Shown here: piece by piece, positions 1-15,071 of the stretch | How positions within the stretch are numbered: the first letter of the stretch is position 1 | Layout: each line of letters opens with the position of its first letter | NCBI RefSeq assembly: GCF_009914755.1 | Contig: NC_060926.1 | Direction: 5' to 3' (one strand) | DNA length: 64,000 bases | DNA from: the human T2T-CHM13v2.0 reference genome, Homo sapiens | Position numbers and translations under genes: made by a program | Notes under the pieces: model-generated | Told to the model about the DNA's origin: nothing | Database searches by the model: none | What the model saw: the letters and a program-made list of their open reading frames with translations, nothing else

Positions 1-927
1 TTTAGAATATTCACAGGATTTTGCAACCCCCTCTGTCCTAAAATATGTTCTATATTATCTAATTTTAGAAAATTTTATCACACTCCAAAGAGAAACATTA
101 TACCCATTATTCATCACTCTCCATCTCTTCCTTCACTCCTTCCTCCCTCCCTCTAGTTGTAGGCAAACACAAATCTACTTTATATCTACAGATTTGCTTA
201 TTCTGAGCATTTCATATAAGTGGTGTAATACTTTATTTGACCTTCGTGACTAACTACTTTTACCTAGCGTAATGCTTGTAAGGTTTATTGGAGTTATGCC
301 ATGTGTTAGCATTTCATTCTTGTTTATGATTCAATTGTTTTCTATTGTATGGATATGTCACACTCTGTTTACCAATTCAGCAGCCGATCAGCATTTAGGT
401 TGTTTCTGCTACTGGCTACATGTAATGCTGCTTTGAACATTCATACGCAGGTTTGGATGCCCACATGTTTTCATTTCTCTTGGGTACCTACCTAGGATTA
501 GAATTGCTGCATCACATGATAATTATATTTAACATTTTGTTGAACAGCCAAACTGCTTTCCAAAGGGGCTACATCATCTGACATTCTAACTAGGGATGTA
601 TGGAGGTTCCAATTTCACTACATGTTTACTGGTATTTAGACTCTATTTGTCTTGTTGATTATAGCCATTCTTGCAAATGTAAAGTGGTATCACATTGTGT
701 TCTTTACATTTTCCTAATGACCAGTGGTGTTGAGGATCATTTAACAAGATTAACCATTCATATATCTTACTTGGAGAAATGTTTATTCAACTCCTTTGGT
801 CATTTGTAACTGGTTATTTATAATTATTGAGTTTTATTAATTCTTTATAAATTCTGAGTGCAAGTCCCTTATCAGCTATATGACCTGAAAATATTTTCTG
901 CCAGTCTGAGGGTTGTCTTCACTTTCT

Positions 928-1251
928 TTTCTTTTCTTTTTTTTTTTGTTTGTTTTTTAAAGAAATGGGGTCTTGCTGTGTTGCCCCCGAGGCTGGAGTG
1001 CAGTGGTACAATCATAGTTCAGAACAGCCTTGAACTTCTGGGCTCAAGGGATCCTCCCACTTCAGCCATCCAAGTAACTGGGAATACAGGTGTGTGCCAT
1101 CATGCCTGGCTAATTTTCATGTTTTTTTAAGAAGGGGTCTTGCTGTATTGCTTAGGCTTAGGTTTGTCTCGATACTCCTGGCTTCAAGTGATTCTCCTGC
1201 TATGGCCTCCCAAAGTGTGGGGATTATAGACGTGAGCCATCATGCCTGGCC
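928..1251 (-). mobile_element. AluJ-type SINE
   Basis: T-tail, dimeric Alu ending catgcctggcc; TSD-like ttcactttct on both sides. Confidence 0.92.
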
Positions 1252-2028
1252 CTTTTCACTTTCTGGATGATGTCTTTGAAACACAAATGACTTCAATTTT
1301 GATTAAATACAAATTATAAATCTTCTCTTTGATTGTTTGTGCTAAGAAATCATTGCTTAACCCAAGTTCTCATATATTTAATTCTGTGTGTATTGAAAGA
1401 ATTTTATGTTTGGCTCTTACATTTAACTCTTTGATACATTTTGAGTTAATTTTTTGTGCATGCTGGAAGAAGGGGGTTGAATGTTATTTTTTATTTATTT
1501 ATTTTTTTCAGGTAAACATTTAGTTGTCTCAGCACTATTTGTTGAAAAGGCTGTTCATTGAATTATCCTGGCCCTTGTCAAAGATCAATTGATCACATAA
1601 ATGTTAGGGTTTATTTCTGGATTCTCAATTGTATTCCATTGATTTGTATGTCTATTTTTATGTCAGTAAAAAACTGTCTTGATTAAGGTAGCTTTGCAAT
1701 AACTTTTTACATTCTGAAGTGTGAGTCCACTACTCTGTTCTTTTTCATGATTATTTCCTTTTAGCTATTCTGAGCCTCTTGCATTTTCTCAATAATTTTA
1801 GGAGCAGGTTGGCAATTTCTGCCCCCACCCCCTCAAAAAAAAAGATCAGTTGGGATTCCGATAGGAGTTGTGTTGAATCTATAGATCAATTTATAAAGTA
1901 TTATCATCTTAATAAGTCCATGATCATGGGATTCCTTTCTATTAAGCTTTAAAAATTTTCTTTCAATGATGTTTTGTACATCATTGTAACTTTAAGTGTA
2001 CATGTCTTGCATTTAAAAATATTCCTAA

Positions 2029-2338
<310 letters not shown>

Positions 2339-4184
2339 TTGATACTATTAAGGTTGGAATTGTTTTCATTTTCAGTGTATAAAAATACAATTGATTTTTT
2401 TATATTGATCTGGTGTCTTTAAATCATGCTGAACTTGTTTATTAGTTATATTTTTTAGAAGATTTCTTGGGATCGTCTACATACAAGACTATGACAATTG
2501 TATATAGAGAAATAGTTTAACTTCTTCCTTCCCAATTGGATGCTTCTTATTTCATTTTCTTGCCTAATTTCCCTAGCTGGAACCACAAGTGCAATATTGA
2601 ATAGAGGAGACCAAGGTGGACCTTGTTGTTTTACTTTTGATGTTAGATATTCAGTCTTTGACCATTCAGAATGATGTTAAGTACACGTTTTTCTAGATGC
2701 CTTGGATCAGATCAAAGAAGTTCCTTTTACTTTTATTTTGTTGAATTTTTTATCACGTTTCAGATTTTTGTCAAATTTTTTTATGAATCTTATTGATGTG
2801 ATAATATAATTTTAGCCCTTTATTAATGTGGTGCGTATATTCATTGATTTTTGTGTGTAAATATAATTTTTATTATTCTCCCTTTCTTACTGTAATACTC
2901 CTAACTGCAGTGTTCTGCTCTCTCATTTGCTCTATCAGTTGAGTTGTTATTCATGCTTCCAGGCACATTTTAGTGAAAACTTCTTGAAGAATCTCTGCTC
3001 TATAGCAATGTGTATTACCATGTGATTCTTTCATAATTTTTATTTTCTCTTAGTCATTCATGTGCATGTCACCTTTATATCACTTCATACTACATAATCA
3101 CATACATAATAACCTGTATAAGTGTTCTGAGAGGAGGAAACACATCCCATGCTTGTATCATGCAATAGAATTCATAGCAGAATACTACATACAGAACTTA
3201 CACAAAAAAAGTTGTTCAGTGAATGTTTGCTAAGTTGCAAAAAGTTTCCAGTTTTGTTGTGCCAATCTTTTAATAACTATATCATCAAAAGACTTGATGT
3301 AATCACATTATACTCAGACATGCTAAGTTTAAATTACTAACCAGATTTCCATTTTCATTGTCATGTCATTTACTTGGGCTTTCAATCTTCTTGATGTAAA
3401 GTAAAGTTATGGAAGAAATTTCAATATGTGGATGAATATTTCTAAAACATTTGAACAAAAAATCCATTTAAAAATGTATCCAACTGGAAAAAGGCATTTT
3501 CTGTTTAACTCAAAAAGTAGTTAAGTGTTGAATATTCAGATGACATAGATCCAATCCTCAGCTTTCAAACATTGAAGACAGTTTTATAACACTAAATTTA
3601 GCAGCTAAACAAAGCAAAACACCAAAACTTTATTTGTCAAGCTCATGTACTCATAGTATATGCTGAAAATCTAGTCCCTTTCTAGCTTCTTTATGAAAAG
3701 AGTTCTGTCTCTGCTCTCCATCATTGGCCTAGGAAGAGTACAAATATTCTCATCAACTGCATTCTTCTTTCAGACTCAAGTGTGAGTGACTCTTTTACAC
3801 ATTCAGTGGTCAGAATTTATAAGAAGTCTGGGATAGGGGATTTAATGCAGCTGCCAGAGGAAATGTTGCTTTGGCCTTGCTGTGGCCCCAAAGATTAGCA
3901 CGCAGCATATGGTTTCTGCTTTTTGCAGCATAGCAGGTGAGGTGACCATAAAAGGGATTATGTTAATGGGAAGAATCATTTCATAAAGTAAACAATCACT
4001 TTATTCATTGTGTAGTCTCCGAATTCACATGTTCACAGTCATTTAATTAACATTTAGTGAGAACCCATTGGGTATAAAATAATATGCTACACATTGGGCA
4101 TGCTTTTGGGGGTAACAGGTGAGCAAATACAGAAAGAATCACAATCTATTCATATTTTTTTTTCTTTAGGCTTATTAAAAACTA

Positions 4185-4514
<330 letters not shown>

Positions 4515-4624
4515 TTATTTCCTTTCTTTAAAAAAAAAAACAACAAAAAACTAAGGAGTTTTTGTTTGTTTTTGCTTAAGGCATCATGGACTAGACTGGA
4601 CTGGGGAGAATGATTTCCATCAGT

Positions 4625-4735
4625 TGAACATGAGACCTTGGAAAAGTCATTTTACCACTTGTATTCAATACATTTATAAAATGAGAGTTTGACTAGAACA
4701 TCTCTAAGGTGACTTATACCTCTCAAGTTCTATAA
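4625..4735 (+). mobile_element. MIR/MIR3 fragment
   Basis: tgagaccttggaaaagtcatttt...tataaaatgagagtttgactagaacatctctaaggt resembles the MIR3 core. Confidence 0.5.
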
Positions 4736-5084
4736 ATGAGCCTGTGCTGTTCATCCCATTGCCCCACCAGTATGCCAATTTAATATCATGACTACAATAA
4801 CATTAGCAGAGAATGGCCAAATATTTATCCTTAAGTGCACTTGTCACAGTGTTGCTGAATACATTGGGCTATCCTGAACCTGGAAATGTAGGTAGGGGCT
4901 AAGGGACAGTTCAACTATATTATTTTTTTACAAAGAAAACACAGGTAGAGTAAATTATCTGGACACAGAACAATTCTGTTATGTGATTGACAGTGAGCAA
5001 ATTAAGGAATTCTTTCCACCAGTTTAAGACACTCAACATAGATTTGCTATATTGACAGACTTTGACTGCACATGTGTTAAGTGG

Positions 5085-5330
5085 TGTACTTCCCAAACTA
5101 TGTTCCAAAGAATCTTACTGTTCCTCAAGATGTTTTTAAATATTTTCTTTGGGTCTAGAATTCTTTGCTCAAATAATTTTGGAAACTCTTTAGGCTACTC
5201 TTAACCTTTGGGAGATTTACAATAACGCGTATTGACTGACTAAAGGTTCTGAAAGTGCTTCAATCAAGAAAGCACAGATTCTCAAACCTGCATAACCACA
5301 GTAACTTTTTTCTATGGAGAGCCTAACCGT
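5085..5330. mobile_element. Degenerate hAT-Charlie-type MITE fragment
   Basis: ttcccaaactatgttcc...caaataattttggaaac resembles Charlie-type inverted ends; family not resolved. Confidence 0.35.
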
Positions 5331-5431
5331 GGCTCAAGGTTTTCAGATTCAGAAATGCTAATTTCCAGGAATGTTTTCCTGTTGGTTAAATTTTCCAAAG
5401 ATTTCACTGTAGTTAAAATATTCAAGTTATG

Positions 5432-6334
5432 ATTTATAGTCCTTTGGATATATACCCAGTAATGGGATGGCTGGGTCAAATGGTATTTCTAGTTCTAGAT
5501 CCCTGAGGAATCGCCACACTGACTTCCACAATGGTTGAACTAGTTTACAGTCCCACCAACAGTGTAAAAGTGTTCCTATTTCTCCACATCCTCTCCAGCA
5601 CCTGTTGTTTCCTGACTTTTTAATGATCGCCATTCTAACTGGCGTGAGATGGTATCTCATTGTGGTTTTGATTTGCATTTCTCTGATGGCCAGTGATGAT
5701 GAGCATTTTTTCATGTGTTTTTTTGGCTGCATAAATGTCTTCTTTTGAGAAGTGTCTGTTCATGTCCTTCGCCCACTTTTTGATGGGGTTGTTTGTTTTT
5801 TTCTTGTAAATTTGTTGGAGTTCATTGTAAATCATGCTGCTATAAAGACACATGCACACGTATGTTTATTGCGGCATTATTCACAATAGCAAAGACTTGG
5901 AACCAACCCAAATGTCCAACAATGATAGACTGGATTAAGAAAATGTGGCACATATACACCATGGAATACTACGCAGCCATAAAAAATGATGAGTTCATGT
6001 CCTTTGTAGGGACATGGATGAAATTGGAAATCATCATTCTCAGTAAACTATCGCAAGAACAAAAAACCAAACACTGCATATTCTCACTCATAGGTGGGAA
6101 TTAAACAAAGAGATCACATGGACACAGGAAGGGGAATATCACACTCCGGGGACTGTTGTGGGGTGGGGTGAGGGGGGAGGGATAGCATTGGGAGATATAC
6201 CTAATGCTAGATGACGAGTTAGTGGGTGCAGCGCACCAGCATGGCACATGTATACATATGTAACTAACCTGCACAATGTGCACATGTACCCTAAAACTTA
6301 AAGTATAATAAAAAAAAAAAGCAAGCAAGAAAAA
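5432..6334 (+). mobile_element. 5'-truncated, 5'-inverted L1PA2 (twin-priming insertion)
   Basis: 5432-5828 is antisense ORF2 C-terminus; 5829-6334 is sense ORF2 end, 3' UTR and poly(A). 17-bp TSD aaaatattcaagttatg at 5415-5431 and 6335-6351. The 3' UTR has gatgacGAGttagtggg and acttaAagtat, not the Ta ACA/G alleles. Confidence 0.93.
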
Positions 6335-6876
6335 AAAATATTCAAGTTATGTTGTTTCTGCATTTTTCCTTTGACACCTTGTTGTATGTCATTTCATTAT
6401 TTATGGCTCAATTTTTTGTGAACACATTTTGTCTATTTTCTGGCTGTTTTCTCAGCTTTTTTATTTTTAAGCCTCTCATCTGCAGCCATATTTTTTGTTC
6501 TAACTTTTCCTATTAGACAGTTCTGAGATTTTTGAAAGAGTATACTTTATACTCTTCACATTTAATTTCTGCTTTAATGTTTAGTATTTTAATTCATGGG
6601 GTAGGGGGCAATTGGAGGTATTTGGAGTACAACACAGTATTTTTTCTTTGTACCTAGAGAAGTCCCAGAGATGGGTAAAATTAACTATTCCTACTCCATA
6701 ATTTATAGAAAAAAGAAATGCAGTACAGCTATGCAAAGAATTGCTCCTCAAGAGAGAGACATGCACTTTCTCTTCTATCAGTCACTTTCCTAAGCTCTCG
6801 AGATTGACTATCCCCAGAAAGATGATCTTCACAGCTGATTCCAGCTCCTTTGGATTCCCCTTAGTCGTTCCTTCAG

Positions 6877-6944
6877 AATGGACTTATTTTATGTTACTTT
6901 CTCAGCTGTTAATGGACTTATTTTATGTTACTTTCTCAGCTGTT
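6877..6944. repeat. Perfect 34-bp tandem duplication
   Basis: aatggacttattttatgttactttctcagctgtt at 6877-6910 and 6911-6944. Confidence 0.97.
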
Positions 6945-8869
6945 CTCTGTGTTTTTGGCTTGTTACCTCATAAGAGTATAAACTCCTTGTGGGGAGGTAC
7001 TGTACATATTTTTACATGTTTGCACGTCCAGAATATTTTTGTTTTCATTCATGAGTTTTAAATAAATATCAGAACACCTGAAGGAATAAAAAGAAATGTG
7101 TTTCTACTTGAATTAGATCTCTAATTTACAAACTGAAGATCTGAAGTAACATGGAAATTTGAGGGGCAGGAAAAGCTACCCTCTACAGAAATAACATTCT
7201 ACACTGAGAGGAATATGACTAAGAGAAAAGGTTTCACATCTCCTGATAATAATTATTCTAGGTTATTTGTATTAACTGTGTCTCATGAGATGTGCCTCAC
7301 AGGAGTCAAAGGCAAAATCATCCCCATTTCACAAGCGCTAAGGGATTTGCTTAAGGGATCAAAGCAAAGCTTCAATGTAAAGGCCTATCTTCTTCCAATG
7401 GCTGTGACCTATCACTGTCCTATGCTGGTGGAAGGGCTGGGCTCTCTGATTCAGATAGCAGTACTTTCTATACATAACAGGGCTTAACTAGCCAATATTT
7501 ATGGATATATATTGAGAAGCTTTGTAATTTTCAGATGAGAATTGTGGAGGAATATAAAGTCAACAGCAAACACTGGTTATTCTTTCTTCTTTTTCCCCCT
7601 GTCAAATAAGTGATTTTATTCTAAGCCTGACTAGATGTCACTGTGTGAATTGGGTGATACTGAATTTCATTTCTACAATAAGTTTTTGATATGAAGTGAC
7701 CAATTATAACTCAGACTGGACTATTTTTCTTGAAATGGCTATAATACCAATAGCTTATTATAGTGGATGAAGAAGGTTAAAGAGAGGATAAAGGAAAAAG
7801 AAATTTAAATAAGACTGGATGTATGCGCTGAATTCCATGCAATCTAAACTCCAGATATTAGGAAGTAAATTTCAGTAAATCTAGCTGATTTTTTATCTGA
7901 CAGTCCACTTCAAAATCTGATATTGACTACAGCTTGCTTCTCTGTGCTCGGATGCTTTTACTGACTTTTCTATTCAGTGCCTTGTGATGCAGTACCAAAA
8001 TGATTGGCTCAGTATATTTTCCCTTTGGGATTATTGTTGGAATCTTGGAAATCTTACAGATGAATTTATTACATTTCCAAAATTTTAGTGCTTGCTTAAC
8101 CAACCAGGGGTTTGCTGCTTTATGTAGTGGGGTTCAGGGGAAGAAAATAACTTACTGAAGGTAATACAGATAGTTTCAAAGTTATATCGTAGCTTCTGTT
8201 AATGGAGCTTATAACCCCAGAGAAAAGTCTACTATTAAAACGATTTGGGCCAGCATGCAAGAGTGTGGTAATGACTTCTGTGGCTACAGTGGTGGTTGCT
8301 ATTTGTTATTGTTCTTCTCTTTGTTGTTTTCTGTAAATTTGCTAATTCCCACTGCTACTACCGCACCCTCCACATACATTTTTTTCTTGAAATTTTTTAA
8401 AAAGCTTTCTGTGTTATTTTCTATACATAGCATGTTATGAGTTGATTTATTCTGACAAATACAAAAGCATGGCTCTAACTCATTTTAAATATGTAATGGT
8501 TATTTTTAAGCCAATCTTGAAACAATGTGAGATTTTATCTTTTATTTTATGTGGCTGACGAAACTCTACTTTTAGAGATCACACAGGTTTTACTTCATCT
8601 TTATCTCTGTCTTCCTTTTCTTTTTTTTCCTTATATTAACCTGCTCCCAAATCTGAGGCTTTATTTTATATATTTTTAAATACTCTCAGCAAATTTTTAA
8701 CAGATTATTGAACATATAGTGATTGTTCTCTATTCTAAAGGGTCATATGTATGAAGGAGTAAAATACTGTAAGAAGTAGGTAAGAAAAATGAGATTTGAT
8801 TATTTTGCCTGAAGGAAATTTACACTCAACCAGAACTATTGTACAATCATTTTCTATGTTTTTTTACTA

Positions 8870-8990
8870 CCTTCTGAAAGCAGTCCTATGAGATATGTCA
8901 GCAGCCTCATGGCTCGATATACAAGTGAGGGAATAGAGGTTTAGAAAAATTAAATAACTGTCTCAAGTTCACAGAGCTATTGGGTAATGT
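8870..8990 (-). mobile_element. MIR fragment
   Basis: cctatgag...tacaagtgagggaatagaggtttagaaaaattaaataactgtctcaagttcacagagcta, antisense MIR core. Confidence 0.55.
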
Positions 8991-8995
8991 GCACT

Positions 8996-9340
8996 GTAGT
9001 AATCAGGATAGGGTAGGATATGCCGTAGGCATGGAACATCCCTGAAATCTTGCTGGCTTAAAACAGCAAGTTTAATTCTCACTTATGTTCCAGCCCAGTG
9101 TATTTTGGACTACCCTCCCATCTTATGATGATACTACCTGGAACACACAGCCTCCAAGGACACATTGGCAGAGGAAGAGGAAGATGGCAGAGACACAAAC
9201 AGGTGCTTACCTTTTTGATGTGAAAGCAGTGCATTTCATAATCCTTTGAACTGGACCCATAGCTACCGCCAGGGCTCCCACCTAACCAAAAGGGAGGGAA
9301 CACACATAGAAAATTCAATAAGTCCTAAGTATTTCTGCCA
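8996..9340 (-). mobile_element. Old MaLR LTR (MLT1J/K-like)
   Basis: tgtagtaatcaggatagggtaggatatgc...ggcttaaaacagcaagtttaattctcactt is typical of the antisense MLT1 3' end. Confidence 0.6.
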
Positions 9341-9891
9341 TGAAAAGAAACAAATTAAATTTAGTTTGTTGAAGTTCCAAACCTCTTTTCACAGCATCAC
9401 AGTATGCTTTCTCTAATAATTTCCATTTCAGTCAACAATGAAATTATTTTTCAGAATTCCTTTAACAAATGAAAACCAGAGGCTTCTATCTCATAAATAT
9501 GACTAAGCAAATATACAGACATGCACACACATATAAATGGTAATTATAATATACATGGAATTTTGTACAGTGTTTATTTTATTAGCCTAACATTTAATAA
9601 TGAATCATTTTCTATGTCTTATTCTCCAAGAATACATTTGAATGGATGTACCATAATTCATCAAAAGATTTCTCTACTGTTGCAAATTTAAGTTGTTTCA
9701 ACATTTTGATGATTATAAGTAAGACTGATTAAGTGTGTTTCCTGTTCTCTTCCTTAATTTCACTATATTTACTTCAGATAGATTTCTTGAATGAGAATTC
9801 TTGAGTCAAAGGATATTAAGAAATTTAAGGCTTTTTAAAAATCTTACAAAATTGTTTTCCAGAAATGTTGTATTGATATGCACTTTATTAG

Positions 9892-10445
<554 letters not shown>

Positions 10446-12108
10446 TGAGAGTAGTCCTGGATCTTTTTATTTTTGTTATTTATTCCATCAGTTCCTTCAT
10501 TCATATCAATCATTCAGCAAGGGCTTATATTTTTCCTCGTCTCTTATTACATTCTTTTCCCCTTATCTGCCCTTGCAAATGAAATTCCAGATGGCAAAAA
10601 GTGCAGAAATGGAGGAAATCCGAAGTTAAGAAAATAACAATACAAGAGGAATACTGCTGCAATGAGAGTCATTAGGTCTTTATGTTTGAATGCAAGTGCA
10701 TTGAGAATCTTCCAAATAAATTCCATGTAGAGTGGAACTAAATAATGGGGTAAAACATCCATGACTGGATCAGCAATTTGCTTCTCCTGGTATCCAGTTA
10801 AATAGCCCTGTGAAAACAAGGTTACTGGTTCAACCTTTATAAGACACTGACAGTGGAAATACTTCTCCGGAATATCAAGCTCATAAGGATGGTTCCTATA
10901 TCAGGAAACTGACCTCTGCTTTATTCTAGGAGCTATATTACCAGCCTCCTACCTTCTGTTTTTCCATTTGTTTTATTTAATCAGCATAAATGCAGCTTAC
11001 CATACCTGTTCTATTGATTTTTGTAACAGATTTTAGTAGTACCCACAGACTGAAGCAAAGACAGTTCCCTCTTAACCTTTGATTGATGTATTCTTTTACC
11101 ACACATGACAAAGTGATAGATGCACTTAGTTAACTTTCTCCAAAATCATTAACGCCATACTCACTGGTTGGCTACTCAGGGGTTGGTTAAGTAGCTGTCA
11201 TGCATTTGCTACCTGAAACATTGCAATACTGAATAAGGAGCCCATTAATTTTCTTTCAAGATCAACTCCAAAGGGTAGGTATGAAATGCATAGTTAGGAA
11301 AGAAGTGGAATAATATACCATAGACTTCAGAGAGATACTGGGTACTACAAAATTACAACCTGAGCCTTAGATTAAAAAAGAGAAAGTAAATTGATTTTCT
11401 CTGAATTTATACTTGGGAAAATTGTTTAAAATGCTAACAAGTTTTCTAACAAGCCATAATTTAGCTGTTGAGTTCTCAGGTATACATAGGTAACCTCCAA
11501 GTTTTAATCTTGAACCCACCAATACACTCAAGCAGTAGATGACAAATTTTTGTTTTAAAAATCATTTTATATGAGACAGGAATGGAGAATATAGCAAATA
11601 TAAAATTGAAATAGAAAGTAGTGCTTAAATAGTTACCAAAGGTACCTAACGAATAAATAATTATTCTCCAGAAAAATGGGGAAAAAATGTTACTGACCTA
11701 AAAAGTCATCTGTCTATTACTAATACTTTACTGAGGTAATTTAATAGTCCTCTTCTACATTTCATAACAGTATTACTCACATAGACTCTTTAACGTATAA
11801 CTAGATTTTCCCTTATGGAATAAAAGGTATTGTCTGTCTTTAGCTTTGAATCCACAATAATTTGTCTACTATAGTTAATGAAGCAATAACTAAACTATAA
11901 GAACCAATCAATTGAATACCATGCCTCCCCAAAGGCTGAAAAACACTTACTTGCTTTTCTTCTTTCTCCCGGTTGTTATACCCAGGTAAAGAACAAAGAA
12001 TCTTTTCCTGATATAGTATGTTTTATGTTCTTGGGAAGATTACCTTTATATAGTAACCTTACTCCTTGAACGGCACATAGGAAGTAGAAACAAACAAATA
12101 ATGTCTTA

Positions 12109-12522
<414 letters not shown>

Positions 12523-12679
12523 TCAAAAATGGAGAGGATCTAAAGGAGTGAGCTGGATTGCCCAGCTTTCTGTGGGGAAGAGGGACAAGGGGAGGGGACA
12601 TTGCCTAGCCTGACCATGAAGAAGTTTGTAACTGATGGGGAAAATGACAGTCACATATTCTAAAAATAAATAGGTATTA

Positions 12680-13150
12680 AAAGATGTTCATCTGTCCATT
12701 CAACAAATATTTTGCATTGATTATATTTCACATGGAGTTCTAGAATCTGGGGAAGACAGTACACATGATAATAGAACTCATGTTCTACTGAGGTAAGAGA
12801 CAGAATAAACATAGAAACAATTACAGAGTACAGGTTTTGAAACAGGTGCAGAGAAGGTAACAGAGACTCGATGTTGACTGGCACAGGGTAAACTGTAGAT
12901 TATTTTTTTTAGACATAGTGGTTTAACAAGTGCTTCTCTCACAGGAAACGGGTTTTGAGCAGAAACCTGACTGATGAGGAAGAATGGGTTATTGAAAGAC
13001 CTGATTGAAGAGTGGTCCAGGCAGAAGAACAGAAAGCTTAAAAGCCCAGAGTTGAAAACAAAGTTCAGGAATAGTAACAAATGGAACAATGGAGAGGAAA
13101 TGTAGCTGGAGCTAATTATTGTGTGTGAGTGGGAAGGGACAAGGAGAGGA
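12680..13150 (-). mobile_element. L2 3' fragment
   Basis: ttcatctgtccattcaacaaatattt...tgttctac followed by a purine-rich L2-like stretch. Confidence 0.55.
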
Positions 13151-13864
13151 TGAGAAATGCTCTATCAGAAATGATTTGTGATCATTTTGGCTGCCATAGT
13201 TTCCTAGTCATTTTAGCTAATATGTCATGTCACACTCAAATATCTCAGCTTTATGACCTGAGGTATTAGAATAATAATGTTGTATGTCTCTTATAAAACC
13301 ATTCCCTTTTTATTGATTTTTGTTCCCAGAGATTATCATGGAGTTATTATGATTTCCATCTAATACTTCCTCATCTTACTGGATTATTGAACAATCAATA
13401 CTGTTTGTCTACAGAGCAGAAGCCATCTTTATTTCTCTTACCTCTTTTTGGTAAAAACGAAGGAGGGATCACTCTTGCACTGGAAAACCAACAAATCACT
13501 GTGGAAACACAAGTAATAACATCGTGTTCTGTGATACATATGAGCAAACTACATTGTTTATTCAGAAAGAATCACTTCTGCTTTCAGCCAGTTTTGTAGC
13601 ACCCAGACATCTCAAATTGCACACCACAGACAGGCTGCCTTCATTAAGGCAATGCTGAGTCCTGAGGCTGACCTGTATTTCGAGCAGAGAGCTCCCTTTT
13701 AAATCTAGGGAGTTGTGAACTAGTCACTGATTTGCCTATTTCTGTCAGAGTTTTGCACTGAAATACCCATTTTAAAAGCAAAAAATATATAACTAAATAC
13801 CTTTCCATGAAACAAATTTCTGCCCACTTTCATAATCCTACATTACCATTGTTAATATGCATTA

Positions 13865-14161
<297 letters not shown>

Positions 14162-14247
14162 GCATTACATAACGTGTCTACATGTACTATGTGATTAAAC
14201 ATGAATTATCTCACTTTATGCTCAAAGTATCTTTAGAAATAATTTTT

Positions 14248-14426
14248 GGCCAGGTGCTGTGCCTCACGCCTGTAATCCCAGCACTTAGGGAGTCTGAGGA
14301 GGGCAGATCACTTGAGGCCAGCCTGACCAAAATGGTGAAACCCTGTCTCCACTAAAAATACAAAAATTAGCCGGGTATGGTGGCACGTGCTTGTAATCCC
14401 AACTACAAAAAAAAAAGAAAAAAAAA
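14248..14426 (+). mobile_element. Internally deleted Alu (left arm lacking B-box, 5' stub of right arm, A-tail)
   Basis: cttgagg|ccagcctg lacks tcaggagttcgaga; the right arm stops at tgtaatcccaactac and runs directly into A-tail. Confidence 0.85.
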
Positions 14427-15071
14427 GTTTCTAAGTACCCATAAGTAGTACTCTATGTGTTTTGTCTTTTTGTCTGTCCTTTACTGGACAATAAATCCAT
14501 AATTATACTTCTTACACCCTCCAATGAAAAACTTAAAATCTCATAAATCACAAACAATACAATACTATATAAAATTATTCACACCTAGAATTTGGAAAAC
14601 ATAGGCACTTGGCTCGGGGCAGATGATGTAATATTGAAAGATGACAGAAAATAAGTAACATTCCAGCCCGATTAGTTTTTATCTACTTTATGCTTTAGAA
14701 TAATTCATTTGTTCTTTAACTTATATTCATTAATTATCCGGTATATGCCAAGAGAGATTTCAAGCATTTATTATTCATACAGCTATTGCACTAGGGGGTT
14801 AAGAAACAATGAAATAAGTACATTAAAATATTACAATTGTTACAATAGAGTGAGGTAAAAACTCCAGGAGGAAGATTTGTTAAAGGCAGCCCAAATCTGA
14901 TGGAGGAGGTTAAAGATGAGTTTCAGAGGAGATAGCACTTAAGAAGATGCTACATTTTGGACTGAACCAAATTAAATAGGCATGTTTGGCTCACGAGTCA
15001 CATAAAATAAATTCTATACTATTCAAATGAATAGAACTATATAGTATGCTATTGTGTTTATGAGTCTGAGC

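Noticed and set aside
5427-6104. Overlapping opposite-strand ORFs resembling a bidirectional gene
   Set aside because: Both are pieces of the L1 ORF2 C-terminus, separated by the twin-priming inversion.
10547-10819. 90-aa hydrophobic minus-strand ORF behind an acceptor-like site
   Set aside because: Non-ATG start, no recognisable homology and no convincing donor; hydrophobicity is expected from T-rich DNA.
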